A DNA stretch of 63,901 nt, the filler included, from Octopus bimaculoides (lineage: Eukaryota), in NCBI RefSeq assembly GCF_001194135.2. It is 7 parts of 7 records of this genome, joined end to end, with 100 filler letters (N's around TTAATTAATTAA, not from the genome) between each part and the next. Parts side by side here need not be neighbours in the genome. Positions count along the whole stretch, not along the records: positions 1 to 14,264 come from NC_068995.1; 6 more parts are not named here. One strand, written 5' to 3'. Made by a program: the position numbers and the translations under genes. The notes under the pieces were generated by a model. That model was not told the DNA's origin. It searched no databases and saw only the letters and a list, made by a program, of their open reading frames with translations. Of this stretch, positions 1-12,638 are shown piece after piece (position 1 is the stretch's first letter; every line of letters starts with the position of its first letter).

Positions 1-1261
1 ATATATACACCAAAGCACCACGAAGGTAAACGATTGTCTCCCTTCGGATTTGGCTATTGGTTTCCAGCTGTGGTGCTGCCATGCTGATTCCAAAAGACCT
101 GTAGGAATTTTCTAAAATGTAAGCATGGTCTGAAAATCTATGTCAGGCAGCGAAAAAGGATTGTCTGTAGAAATATATAAAATCCGGAGGAGAAGCACAC
201 TCTAAGATGTAGAGCAGTTAATATCATAGTGCGGTAAGCCGTTTAATGAGGTGACCCTGGCTTCTCGCTCATAAGGAGTTTAGCCTTAAAGCGTATCTTC
301 TGAACCCAAACACTATTGGCCAGAGATTCTTTAAAATATGGAGGGGGAAACGCCTCGTTTTTAAGGGTAAAACCCTAGGTGATTATCTTCCTTTGCCATT
401 GTTCATCGACCTTCGGCTATGCTGCCATCGCGTATGGAATCTCTTTGTCTCCAAATATGGCTGGCCAGCGATGTCAGGTATCTCCTTTCTTGGACTCTGA
501 ACGAGGACAGATGATTGGAAATACGCTGTTTGAGAGAATTCCCAGAGCACATATATATGTACATTTACTCATATAATATGCATATATTCATAATTTGATT
601 AATAGAACATAAAATATAAGTGTATGACTAATTTTTTTAATATTTAATGTTTAGCAGGAGTAACCGAGTAACGCATGGTCCGGGAGTTTCGTTTGTTGGC
701 ACTAATCGAACTAGTTACAGGTTTAAGATGTCTGCGTATTAATATAAACGAGCGCACTTCTTCAATGTGAGTGACCACCAGAGTGACCATGAGTCACTCT
801 GTTACTGCTGCTAAATATGAATAAAAAATATGTATATATATATACATATATGCCTGTGTGTTTGTGTTTGTGTGTGTTTGTGTGTGTGTGTGTGTGTGTG
901 TTTGTGTGTGTNNNNNNNNNNNNNNNNNNNNNNNNNNNNNNNNNNNNNNNNNNNNNNNNNNNNNNNNNNNNNNNNNNNNNNNNNNNNNNNNNNNNNNNNN
1001 NNNNNNNNNNNNNNNNNNNNNNNNNNNNNNNNNNNNNNNNNNNNNNNNNNNNNNNNNNNNNNNNNNNNNNNNNNNNNNNNNNNNNNNNNNNNNNNNNNNN
1101 NNNNNNNNNNNNNNNNNNNNNNNNNNNNNNNNNNNNNNNNNNNNNNNNNNNNNNNNNNTATAACAAACACACAATCACTTAAGAACGAATTAGCCATACA
1201 TTGTGCAATGCATGATCTCTTCCTCAACTAATATCTATGTTAATAGCTCTTTGCAAACCTC

Positions 1262-1424
1262 TTCATTCGTTTCAGCCATGAAGCTGCTGCCAAGCAGCCT
1301 TGAAGGTTTTCGTTTTGGAAACGAACATTTTTTAAAGCTTGTTATTTACATTATCGGTCTCCTTTACCGAAAAGCTAAGGTACAAGGGTGTGCAGGGGAA
1401 CACACAAAGACATACATGCACGCC

Positions 1425-1474
<50 letters not shown>

Positions 1475-1607
1475 TACGCACATAATTCTATAATATAACC
1501 TCGAGGCTATAGTAAAAAACACTTGTCGAAGGTGCTTTGCAGTGGGACTACTGTCGCAACCATGTGGTTGGGAAACAAATCTCTTACCCCACAGCGGAGC
1601 CCGCGCT
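1262..1607 (-). mobile_element. SINE family A
   Basis: Reverse-complement head and tail flank a (CA)n tract. Confidence 0.7.
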
Positions 1608-2639
1608 AACATAAATGTAAGTTAGTATAATTTTTTAACAATCACATATCATAATGAATAATCCTTTGTTTTGTAATATTTCATTTGCTACTTTGAGTAA
1701 GCATGTGTATATGCATGGTTTTGTTTCTATGACTGTATTGGCGAAAGTATTATCTTAGTATAAACATACACAAACACACACGTATTTATAGATAGGTAGA
1801 GATACTTTTAACTCATATGCAGATATGCAATATGTGTGCATTTGCGTACATGGATGTAGGCACCGCCTCAATATCTCCTCTTTTAGCATGATGGATATAG
1901 ACAGAGAGAAATGGACGAAGCAATGCATCTACTTTTAATTAATGAACGTTCATACACAAGGGATTAATGTGTCCAATACATACATTTAATGGATTGGTGC
2001 AGTGTATTATAGTATTGCACGCCGTTTATTATCACCATCCAGTCTATGAAATGAAAACTATTGTTTTTCATTTGTTCTCAGTTTCCATCACTGAAAATCC
2101 TAACCAAATTGTTTTCATAATTGTTAGTCGACCGATTGACATGCGTAATGGATTGTCAGATTAACACAGCATGCATTAGGAACTCCTGTGGGTCACTACG
2201 TTATTGTGAGAAGAGTTCAGTAAATAGTTAATTAATCATACTACAATGGCCTTTAACTTGGTTTAAAATATAACTTTATTTATGAAGACTCTCGATAGAA
2301 TCATGGCACTCTACAGTATTACGTAACGTTGAATCTCATAGTTCCTCATTAATATAGCGGGCATCAGAATTTAACGTGTAGAGAAATTGGTAAGATACGA
2401 ACACAGTAACCACCGAAAGCATAAAATCTTATATTTCAAACAGCGCTGCATCGCGCTTTCTTAAATATCTAATCGTGAGAAAGAATAATGATGACATCTG
2501 AATGACAATATATATATATATATATATATATATANNNNNNNNNNNNNNNNNNNNNNNNNNNNNNNNNNNNNNNNNNNNNNNNNNNNNNNNNNNNNNNNNN
2601 NNNNNNNNNTATATAATTGTTAAAGGGGACAACAAACGT

Positions 2640-3900
2640 TAAGACAAGACAGACATTTCAAGTCAAATACGCTGTTATTATTATTGGAAAAATTAAGTCT
2701 TACAGCTGTTTCTGAGATACCCCAGAGTATGGGATATTCCGTCATCGGAGACAAATATGGAGAATGAGAAGGGTATAGATTAATGAAATGACGACATAGA
2801 GGACAAGAGAAAAGGAATAAGGAGATGAAGAAAAAGAAGAAAGAGAAGAAAAAGAAGCATACAAGTCACGGTTCCACTTTCCGATCGTGTAGATGTTAGT
2901 TCATAAGTCCTTAGGTGCAATCCTGTGTAAATCCATGTAGGTTAAAGTTTTAATGGCGTAATTATCAAGAAATAGATGGGAAAGTATCGACGTTCCGTAA
3001 GAGAATGGTAGTGGAGGTGGATATTAAAGGATAAAGAGAATAAACAAATAGATAGAGAGGTAGAGAGAGCGAGGGAGATAAGCAAGAATTGGTATCAAGG
3101 ATAAAATAAGGTATATAAGAATATAGGGCACAAAGATATAGTGTACAAAATAACCTAGAATATAAATAAATAAATGATTATACAAGGGTAAATAAGGAGA
3201 GAGGAGGAGGAGGTAAAGGAAGATAACGTAAAAACATGAAGTAAAATGAAAGGGATTCAAGGAGTATAGTAGGTGCTAGTGGTATCCTTCTAGCCTGTAG
3301 TGGTTGTAGAGGATATCTAGTAGTAATTACTTCACCCTCCAAGCAAAGCATTAACATACACACCTTCTGATCGTTAACACATACACACCTTCTGATCGTT
3401 AACACATACCCTTATATATCTCTTCAATCAGCCTTACCTTAGAACTTTATAAGATAAATGTTAATTCTTCAATTTATTTTAAAATCTTAACTTTAAAAAT
3501 CCCCTAACATTCAAGTTCGAATCTTATTCCTAAATAGTTTAACATTCAACTGGTTCCTCCTATCACGTCTACCTACATACTCATACCCCCATAGCTAAAA
3601 ATATTTCTACAGCCACTGACCCTAGCCATAAAACGGACACAAGCACTTACTACTAGAGTTCTTCCTCAACCTCTACTGACTGGGCACCTACTATTCTCTT
3701 TGAATCCCTTCCCTTTTACTGTATTTTGCTTTTTTACGTATAACTTCCTCTACATTTAATTCAGCAGATAAAATTTCTGGTTCTGTAGTTCATATATGCA
3801 TTTGCGAAAATCTGTCCATTTTTTGTTCTGATGGATCTACCAGTATGCATGTATAGATATGTTCCACATCTGTCATCATTACACTTGGATACTGCGAATG
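2640..3900 (-). mobile_element. Decayed Penelope-like element 3' region with pseudo-LTR
   Basis: Remnant KCNDDRCGTYLYMHTGRSIRTKNGQIFANAYMNYRTRNFI (3770-3890) resembles the PLE Cys-linker/GIY start. Inverted homology between ~3240-3320 and ~3600-3720, plus a hammerhead-like motif at 2697-2752. Confidence 0.45.
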
Positions 3901-4069
3901 TTTTTATGTGTTTATACACGTACAAACGCACGCACATGTAAAGTTGGATATAGTGTTTCGCTTCGATATATATGTATATATGTATATACATATGTATATG
4001 TATATATCTATATATATGTATATGTTTGTGTATATATGTATATATATAGAGAGAGGGACAGAGAGAGAG

Positions 4070-4274
4070 AGAACTGTGGTCATGCTGGAGCACCGCCTTT
4101 AGTCGAGTAAATCGACCCCAGGACTTATTCTTTGGAAGCCTAGTACTTATTCTATCGGTCTCTTTCCCGAGGCTATAGTAGAAGACACTTGCCCAAGGTG
4201 CCACGCAGTGGGACTGAACCCAGAACCATGTGGTTGGTAAGCAAGCTACTTACCACACAGCCACTCCCGCGCCT
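4070..4274 (-). mobile_element. SINE family A, internally deleted
   Basis: Tail and head joined without the middle region. Confidence 0.8.
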
Positions 4275-4564
4275 ATATATATATATATATATATATNNNN
4301 NNNNNNNNNNNNNNNNNNNNNNNNNNNNNNNNNNNNNNNNNNNNNNNNNNNNNNNNNNNNNNNNNNNNNNNNNNNNNNNNNNNNNNNNNNNNNNNNNNNN
4401 NNNNNNNNNNNNNNNNNNNNNNNNNNNNNNNNNNNNNNNNNNNNNNNNNNNNNNNNNNNNNNNNNNNNNNNNNNNNNNNNNNNNNNNNNNNNNNNNNNNN
4501 NNNNNNNNNNNNNNNNNNNNNNNNNNNNNNNNNNNNNNNNNNNNNNNNATATATACATATACAT

Positions 4565-4651
4565 ATATATACTAAAATTCAAACGATACAGAGAAGATTA
4601 GCATGGCCCCTGCACAAGGACGACACAGAAGTTCGTGAATCGTTCCATATT
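4565..4651 (+). pseudogene. U6: U6 snRNA pseudogene, 5' end not visible
   Basis: atatactaaaattcaaacgatacagagaagattagcatggcccctgcacaaggacgacacagaagttcgtgaatcgttccatatt matches U6 from ACATATACTAAAATT to the 3' end. The ACAGAGA box is intact, with several substitutions elsewhere. Confidence 0.92.
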
Positions 4652-5469
4652 GGCCACAGTCTAAAGATTGAAACATGTAAAAGATAATATGTGTGTGTGT
4701 GTGTGTGTGAGCGTGTGTGTGACCGGCCAGTGCAATTTAAATAGTTAAATTATGTGACAAATTACTCGTATGTAGAACTCTGTATCTCCGACTTTTGTGG
4801 TTCAATTGCATTATTTATTATGAAATCCATGCTTGTGCGTTATTGTGAGTCAAAAAAATAAAATAATCATATATTTTGTATAAAACATTTGCCTACGGAT
4901 ATTTCACTAATATATATTTATTCTTAGTTACATAATTCAAATTACATAATCAAGATCTATTGTCAATTCGTCAGAAAAGTGTAACTTTATTTATAACATT
5001 GGATTTAAAAGACGACAGAATTCCACATCTGCTAGCAACTGCTCAGACAGACAAGCAGACATGCAGTCGAGTTGAATGGGAGAATCAGAGAAAATGGAAT
5101 ATTATCTAGTAGCTTACTTTGCAAGATGTGAGCCAAGAATTTTTATCTGGGAAATGTTTAATACTTTCTCAATCTGTGTGTGAAGAATGGCGTACCCTTC
5201 CTGAATCATCATGATAAACACTTGTAGATTATCGAGGGTAGGGATCTTTTAGCTATATGTTGTTTAACTGCACTTGGTTGATAGAGTTCAAAGTGTTTTA
5301 TGTTTTCAAAAATACTCATATACGTAAAATTCTCGCCTTTCACTCTTTACATCAGAAATATATATGAAATACTTCAAACATTTTTAATGAGAATTGAGTA
5401 ATATTTATCTCACTAAACACTGGTGTAGTGCGTGTCATTGACACCTTTATTATTAGGTAACATTTGGCT

Positions 5470-5666
5470 GGTGAAGTGGCAGAATCGTTAACACGCCGGG
5501 TCAAATGCTTAACGGTATTTCGTCTGTCTTTATGTTCTCAGTTCAAATGTTGCCAAGGTCGAATTCGCGTTTAGAGGTTTGATAAAATAAGTACTAGTCG
5601 AGCACTGGAGTCGATGTAATTGAGTTACCCCCTCCTCCGAAATTGCAAGCCAAATTTCGAAACCAC
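5470..5666 (+). mobile_element. SINE family B
   Basis: ggtgaagtggcagaatcgttaacacgccggg...tcagttcaaat...aaatttcgaaacc. Confidence 0.75.
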
Positions 5667-5692
5667 TTTTAGGTAGCTGTTTCTGTGTGTGT

Positions 5693-5730
<38 letters not shown>

Positions 5731-6929
5731 TCATTACAATTCGTGTGTGTGTGAATTTATTACATAGCAATTCATTCTTTAAAAATAAAAAAAAACAACG
5801 TATCAGTTATTTTAGAGTAGTTGTATACAACTTAAAAACGGTTTCGTGAAATACACATTCGATGTCCTTTCCACGACAGCCCGATCTATGCTTAAAACAT
5901 GCTAGCACCAGAAGGAATTGTAAACAACAGATCTCCTAAATTAACATTTAAAAATATCCTATGTCTCTTATGTGTATTCACAAGTCTAATGCATATTTTC
6001 TCCAGCTTGCACGGAACGCAGCATTTCTGTTCGTTTTATTGATCACGTTTTCTTGCATTTCTTCGCCTTTTCAGTAAGCCCTTGGGCCACACCTGCTCTA
6101 TAGCTTTTACTAGGCAGCTGTGTGCATTTATTTTACTAATATGCCTTAATGTTCAACATTATTGGGTAATATTTAATTAAAGCAAGAATGTACACCGTTC
6201 TAATGACTAATTTTATTAGCGGAAAATTTCCAGTGCACTGAATAGTTGAAAACGATTGCAGTTTTATTTCGAAATGCATTAATGACGCATTGCATACAGA
6301 GAGCAGTCGAAGATTCTTGGCATATGTTTGCAAAATGATCCTCCGAGACAAGCACCTGTTTTATAATTGCAGGCTATGAAGGATTATATTTCTGATACGC
6401 TAAAGTTTGGAGGAGCTTATGCACAATCATTTAACACACACATACACACACACCTATACATGTTATATATCTTATTATATATATATTATATAAAATTATA
6501 TATATATATATGCTATATATATNNNNNNNNNNNNNNNNNNNNNNNNNNNNNNNNNNNNNNNNNNNNNNNNNNNNNNNNNNNNNNNNNNNNNNNNNNNNNN
6601 NNNNNNNNNNNNNATATATATATATATATATATATAAATGCTATATATATTCACACATATACATATGTATACACACACGCACACACATATATACACACAC
6701 ACCCAGAACCACTCTAGTAGCCTAGGAGTGAAATTTAGGTTTCTTTTCCCAGCTGGTTTGCAGACTATAGCAACACCAATAATACATTTTTATTATCCTG
6801 TGAATGGGCCTTTCTTTTCTTATTTCAGATTTTTCAGTTTCTTTTTTTCTTTTTTGTGAACCAAGTTAATAGCTTTTGAATGTAAATAGCCCATCTAATT
6901 TTTTTTTTTTTTTTTGTCAGGAAATGAAG

Positions 6930-7600
6930 CGTAATGATATATATTAAGCATACATTGAGTATATAATTAGCAGAAAAACAATAATGAATTATTTAGCCAC
7001 ATGAGCGCCATCTCGATAAATAATTTATCTGTCAATTTCTTTATAGCAGCAGATTGAACTGCTTCTGCTGCAGCTTTGATGTTCACCCATAAGACATATT
7101 TCGACGTAAATTGGCGTCCATCGGCATAAACATCTTGGACCGATTATTTTCGATAGGGTTGACAGATGGAGATGCTGGCAGCCATACCATCAGCTTTTCA
7201 CCTTGTATGCCGTAAGAACCATGTAACGTTTGAGTGGCCCTGGCAGAGTGAAAGGGAGCGTTGTCATGCATGAATACGACATTCCTTGGAAGTGACAGTG
7301 GTATGTCATCTAACCAAGGATCCAAACTTCCTCCAGGAGATTGCTGTAGGTGGCTGCGGTCATTTTAACCCCTTCAGACACACTGACTGTGCCAACATTT
7401 CTGTTCCCGATGACACCAGCCCGAAACATGTCTCCTCCACCCTGTTGTTGAGGTCGTTTATATATATTCAAAATGTAACCACCTGTAAATTGTTGGCGGT
7501 TTTTATCCCCTGGCTTCCTTTTCTCTTGGACTTTCTTTTATCTCGTCTTTCTAAAAAAGAGCTTTGCGCGAAAGGTAAAACCACCTTTCTTTCCTTCCGT
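6930..7600 (-). mobile_element. Decayed Tc1-family transposase fragment
   Basis: Peptide remnants RPQQQGGGDMFRAGVIG, VVFMHDNAPFHSA and WLPASPSVNPIEN. No TIRs recognised, so boundaries are approximate. Confidence 0.8.
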
Positions 7601-7762
7601 GAGTGTCTGCTAATACTTTGCATGCGTTACGCGTTTATTTTTTTTTCTTGTTTATTCTTGGTTTTTTTTTTTTGGTGGAGGGGGATTTACTATATATATA
7701 TACACGCACACATGCACACACACACACACACAAACTCACACACACGCGCACGAACACACAGG

Positions 7763-7874
<112 letters not shown>

Positions 7875-8754
7875 CAGATTCGGTGTGTGTTGCGTGCCAT
7901 TGCTTGATAAATGAAAAGAATATATAAGCAAACAGCATGAGGCATACTGAATGTAAAAACAAACGTGAGACCAACAGAAAGTCCATAATCCTTCATGAGT
8001 TATCGACTAATGGTACTTTACCGTTTCGCACCTTTAACGATAAGACTGAATGCTTCCCAATAGGCGGTGCCCGCAAAAGTAGTTTTCTGTTGTAGAATTA
8101 TGGACAAGACTAAAGGAAACTAAACAAAACAAGCAAAATGAACATACGTATAAATATGCGCGTACTTGTTTATAGATGTTTGTGTATTTGAGTGTATGTG
8201 TATAACCCTTTAAATAGAGAAATTGTCATGTTCTGACATACTATATAATTCCTTGAATGCAATAATATTTATTAAATAGTTAATTATATAGTGTGCGTAA
8301 TATACACCTGCTATATAATACAGTGAATTAATTCGGCAATTAATAAATTAAATTATATAAGGTATAACCTGTAATTAATTTCTGAAGGAATATTCCCCTA
8401 CTAAAGACGATGCCGAGGTTTTAAGGGTGTTTTTCCAAAAATTTTAGATACGAACTTCCAGTGCCATCAGAATCAGGTATTCCTATTTTAAGACCCTTAT
8501 CAATCTGTACTTTGACATAACATTGTTGACAAAGATTTATTCATGAATCGAAAGAGAACTTCCGAAAAGTAGGATATATGTTGTTCTTTATTCATGGATA
8601 TAATTGAAAAGCATGTGAGACTCCTATTTTTATTTCCTTTCTTGGCTTGAGTCATAGGACAATGCCTACACAAAACCTTTGCATTCATGTGTTTTGGGGG
8701 ATTTGTTGGAAATATGTAAACAAAACAACACCAGTTGTCATATATACATAAACA

Positions 8755-8948
8755 CATTTAACGGTCATTCTAAAAGCTCTTTTGTCTTAATAACGGTCAT
8801 TTACATAGCATATTTTGATTGCCTCGATAACTGAAGAGATGCCAAAGGAGCTTTCCGCCCCGACATCCGCAACCGAGTATTTGTCACGTATTACATTACA
8901 GATAAATTCCACATTTATTCCTCTTTTGTTGTCATACCATTACTATTA

Positions 8949-8955
<7 letters not shown>
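8755..8955 (+). repeat. Internally deleted copy of the 24298-24562 repeat
   Basis: Same blocks as the 24298 copy, but the gaaactcggagttttatt segment is missing. Confidence 0.8.
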
Positions 8956-9040
<85 letters not shown>

Positions 9041-10018
9041 NNNNNNNNNNNNNNNNNNNNNNNNNNNNNNNNNNNNNNNNNNNNNNNNNNNNNNNNNNNN
9101 NNNNNNNNNNNNNNNNNNNNNNNNNNNNNNNNNNNNNNNNNNNNNNNNNNNNNNNNNNNNNNNNNNNNNNNNNNNNNNNNNNNNNNNNNNNNNNNNNNNN
9201 NNNNNNNNNNNNNNNNNNNNNNNNNNNNNNNNNNNNNNNNNNNNNNNNNNNNNNNNNNNNNNNNNNNNNNNNNNNNNNNNNNNNNNNNNNNNNNNNNNNN
9301 NNNNNNNNNNNNNNNNNNNNNNNNNNNNNNNNNNNNNNNNNNNNNNNNNNNNNNNNNNNNNNNNNNNNNNNNNNNNNNNNNNNNNNNNNNNNNNNNNNNN
9401 NNNNNNNNNNNNNNNNNNNNNNNNNNNNNNNNNNNNNNNNNNNNNNNNNNNNNNNNNNNNNNNNNNNNNNNNNNNNNNNNNNNNNNNNNNNNNNNNNNNN
9501 NNNNNNNNNNNNNNNNNNNNNNNNNNNNNNNNNNNNNNNNNNNNNNNNNNNNNNNNNNNNNNNNNNNNNNNNNNNNNNNNNNNNNNNNNNNNNNNNNNNN
9601 NNNNNNNNNNNNNNNNNNNNNNNNNNNNNNNNNNNNNNNNNNNNNNNNNNNNNNNNNNNNNNNNNNNNNNNNNNNNNNNNNNNNNNNNNNNNNNNNNNNN
9701 NNNNNNNNNNNNNNNNNNNNNNNNNNNNNNNNNNNNNNNNNNNNNNNNNNNNNNNNNNNNNNNNNNNNNNNNNNNNNNNNNNNNNNNNNNNNNNNNNNNN
9801 NNNNNNNNNNNNNNNNNNNNNNNNNNNNNNNNNNNNNNNNNNNNNNNNNNNNNNNNNNNNNNNNNNNNNNNNNNNNNNNNNNNNNNNNNNNNNNNNNNNN
9901 NNNNNNNNNNNNNNNNNNNNNNNNNNNNNNNNNNNNNNNNNNNNNNNNNNNNNNNNNNNNNNNNNNNNNNNNNNNNNNNNNNNNNNNNNNNNNNNNNNNN
10001 NNNNNNNNNNNNNNNNNN

Positions 10019-10099
10019 GGTATGTTTTGCCGAATCGCTAGTTACGGGGGCCTAAACACACCAGCATCAAGCGATGTTGGGGGAAAACATACGCACACG

Positions 10100-10134
<35 letters not shown>

Positions 10135-10815
10135 TAAATTGATATTAATTAATATCCAATTTTTTAACCCATTGTTTAATTTAATTAACCATAACCTAAT
10201 TCTCAGAGTTACTATATCCAATGTGGAACATTTTTTCTTCGGAGATATTTACGGATTTAGCGCGCAAAAACGAGGACTTTTGAATTTTGCCGTACAAGGT
10301 ATAATTTTTAGAACCGTATACACGTGCTTTCCTTGTGGAGTACAACTTAGTATTCGATTCTCTAAATTAAATCTATCCAACGTTCTGTACTGATGTGAAA
10401 AAGATATTTTCAGTAAGAAAATGTTAATTTCGAAACATATGTTTGCAGATAATTGTATTTTTTTGTGTAATTTCCACTGGTCTTGCCCGCTTTACATCTC
10501 TGTTGCTTCGCTGAATTCCCTTTGAGAATTATTCAGTCTTAAGAGACACATGACATGTGATCTTCTTCTAGCGCATGACCAGTCCACCTACTGGTCTCCT
10601 GTATATATACTCGTATATATCTTTATATAAATATATACATATACATATATAAGACAGGCTTCTTTCAGTTTCCGTCCACCAAATCCACTCAAAAGGCTTT
10701 GGTCGGCCCAAGGCTATAGTAGAAGACACTTGCCCAAGGTGCCAAGCAGTGAGACTAAACCCGGAACCATGTGGTTGGTAAGTACGCTACTTACCACACA
10801 GCCATTCCTGCGCCA
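10019..10815 (-). mobile_element. SINE family A interrupted by ~470 bp of unrelated sequence
   Basis: Middle part at 10019-10090 and head at 10635-10815. Confidence 0.7.
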
Positions 10816-11363
10816 TAATATATGAAATACATATATTTCAATATACATATCATTTACATGCAATACTCACAGGTGTATGGATATGCCTCATGGTTATGTA
10901 TGAATTTAAGTTTCGCTTACTATGCCATATTGGCATAGTCTTAATAGACTTCGATACACAACTTTGAAGTCGTAGTCACTACATAAAATACTTTTGGATC
11001 TCCTGTAGTTATTCAGTCATCTCATTAGTAAATGTACACAATGCACACGCCTAGAAGCATCCACATATATGTACATACATATAGGTGTATTTGTAAGTAT
11101 GTAAGGGAGAAAATAAGAGATAGACAGACAGACAGACATAGACAGAGAGCGACGGAGAAACAGCGAGACAGAGGCAGAGGGTGAAAGAATGATTGTTCTT
11201 AGTTCTACTTACCAATGGAGAAAATTCCAATTTCTAGTTCAGAAAAATTACTGATATAGTGAAATTTAGACAACACAAGGGTAGTCTGATGTGTACATAA
11301 TTATGCGTGTATTTATGCTTAAATACACGCATATATAAAATCGTTCATGCATAAACATAACTA

Positions 11364-12638
11364 CGAGGTGGTGTCAAAAAGTACCCGGACAAGTTATGTT
11401 TAATAAAAAATAACTTATTTACCTTAGTTTAACATCATCTACTTCGAAATAGTCACCTTGCGCAGCAGTATACCGGTTCCAGCATTCCTGCCACGTTTGG
11501 AATCCAGTCTGAAAGTTGTTTACCGTAAGCGAGTCGAGGACCGTCTGCAATTCGCTCTGGATCTCGACAACGGTGTTAAAATAGCGACACTTAAGCTTCA
11601 TTTTCATCTTGGAGAAGCGATGGAAGTTCTTAGGCACTAAATCTGGCGAATAGAGCGGGTGAAGAAGCTACACTACGTTGTTTTTGGAGAGAAACTCAGG
11701 AGTGAGGGATTGTGGCCGACAGGGTGCATTGTTGTCGTGAAGAATTCAGTTCTTCGCGCACCACAGATCCGGTCACTTTCCCTCAAACGCTACAAGAGCT
11801 CGCAGTAGAATTCTCGATTGAAGATCTGTCTCCGGGGGGTGAAATTTTGAATACCATGGATGTCGTAAAAATGCTCTTGATTGAGCTGCGGCTCTATCGT
11901 GTCTTCTGTCGTGGAGATGAAGGGCTCTTCCATTGTGATGACTACTGTTTCTTTTCAGGGTCGTACCTGTAGACCTAGCACTCGTTACCGGTGATGATCC
12001 TCAACATGAAAGATGAGTCGTCAGCGGTACGCTGGCGGAGATCTCGACAGACTTTGACGCGATGTTCTTTCTGCGTAGTGGTCAGCAGGTGGGGACAAAT
12101 TTTGCAGAGACACGCCGCACGCCCAATTCAGACTTTAGGATTGCCTGAATGAACTCATACGACAGACCATCAACATCAGCAATGTCGTTGATCGTACTCC
12201 AACGATCCTCATGCGCAAGCCGATGAATTTTTTTCACATTTGCGAGGGTGAGGCTCGTGGCACGTCTTCCAGATCGCTCGTCTTCCAAAGACGTTCTTCC
12301 GCTTTTGAAACGCCCGTGCTACTCGGAACATTGCGTACGGCCCACTGCCTCGTCGCCGTAAGCTTGCCGAAGCATGCTCAATGTCTCTGTACTAGACTTT
12401 CCAAGTTTAACGCAAAATTTCATGTTGGCTCTTCGTTTCAACTTCCGGTCCATTGCAGACTACGGCATACACGTGATCACCAAAAGACGAAGCTAACAAC
12501 TTGCGAAGCAAACATAGCAATGTCACGCAACACGCTGCCTCATGTAGGTCACTGCTCGCTCTCATCACTGCGAACGTAACCGTCTGCATCTTTTGCCACG
12601 TTACATAACTAGACCAGGAACTTTTTGATACGACCTTC
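11364..12638 (-). mobile_element. Full-length, inactivated mariner (DD34D) transposon
   Basis: TA-flanked imperfect TIRs (cgaggtggtgtcaaaaagtacccgg / ccaggaactttttgatacgaccttc), ~1.28 kb. Transposase remnants: EDERSGR, VSAKFVP, ITGNEC*VYRYD, LHDNNAP, YSPDLVP, QGDYFE. It has stops, and the first and third catalytic D are replaced. Confidence 0.95.

Noticed and set aside
1-560. Possible coding sequence at the window start
   Set aside because: An acceptor-like site (ttcctacag) exists on the minus strand, but no motif is recognisable and two frames are equally open.
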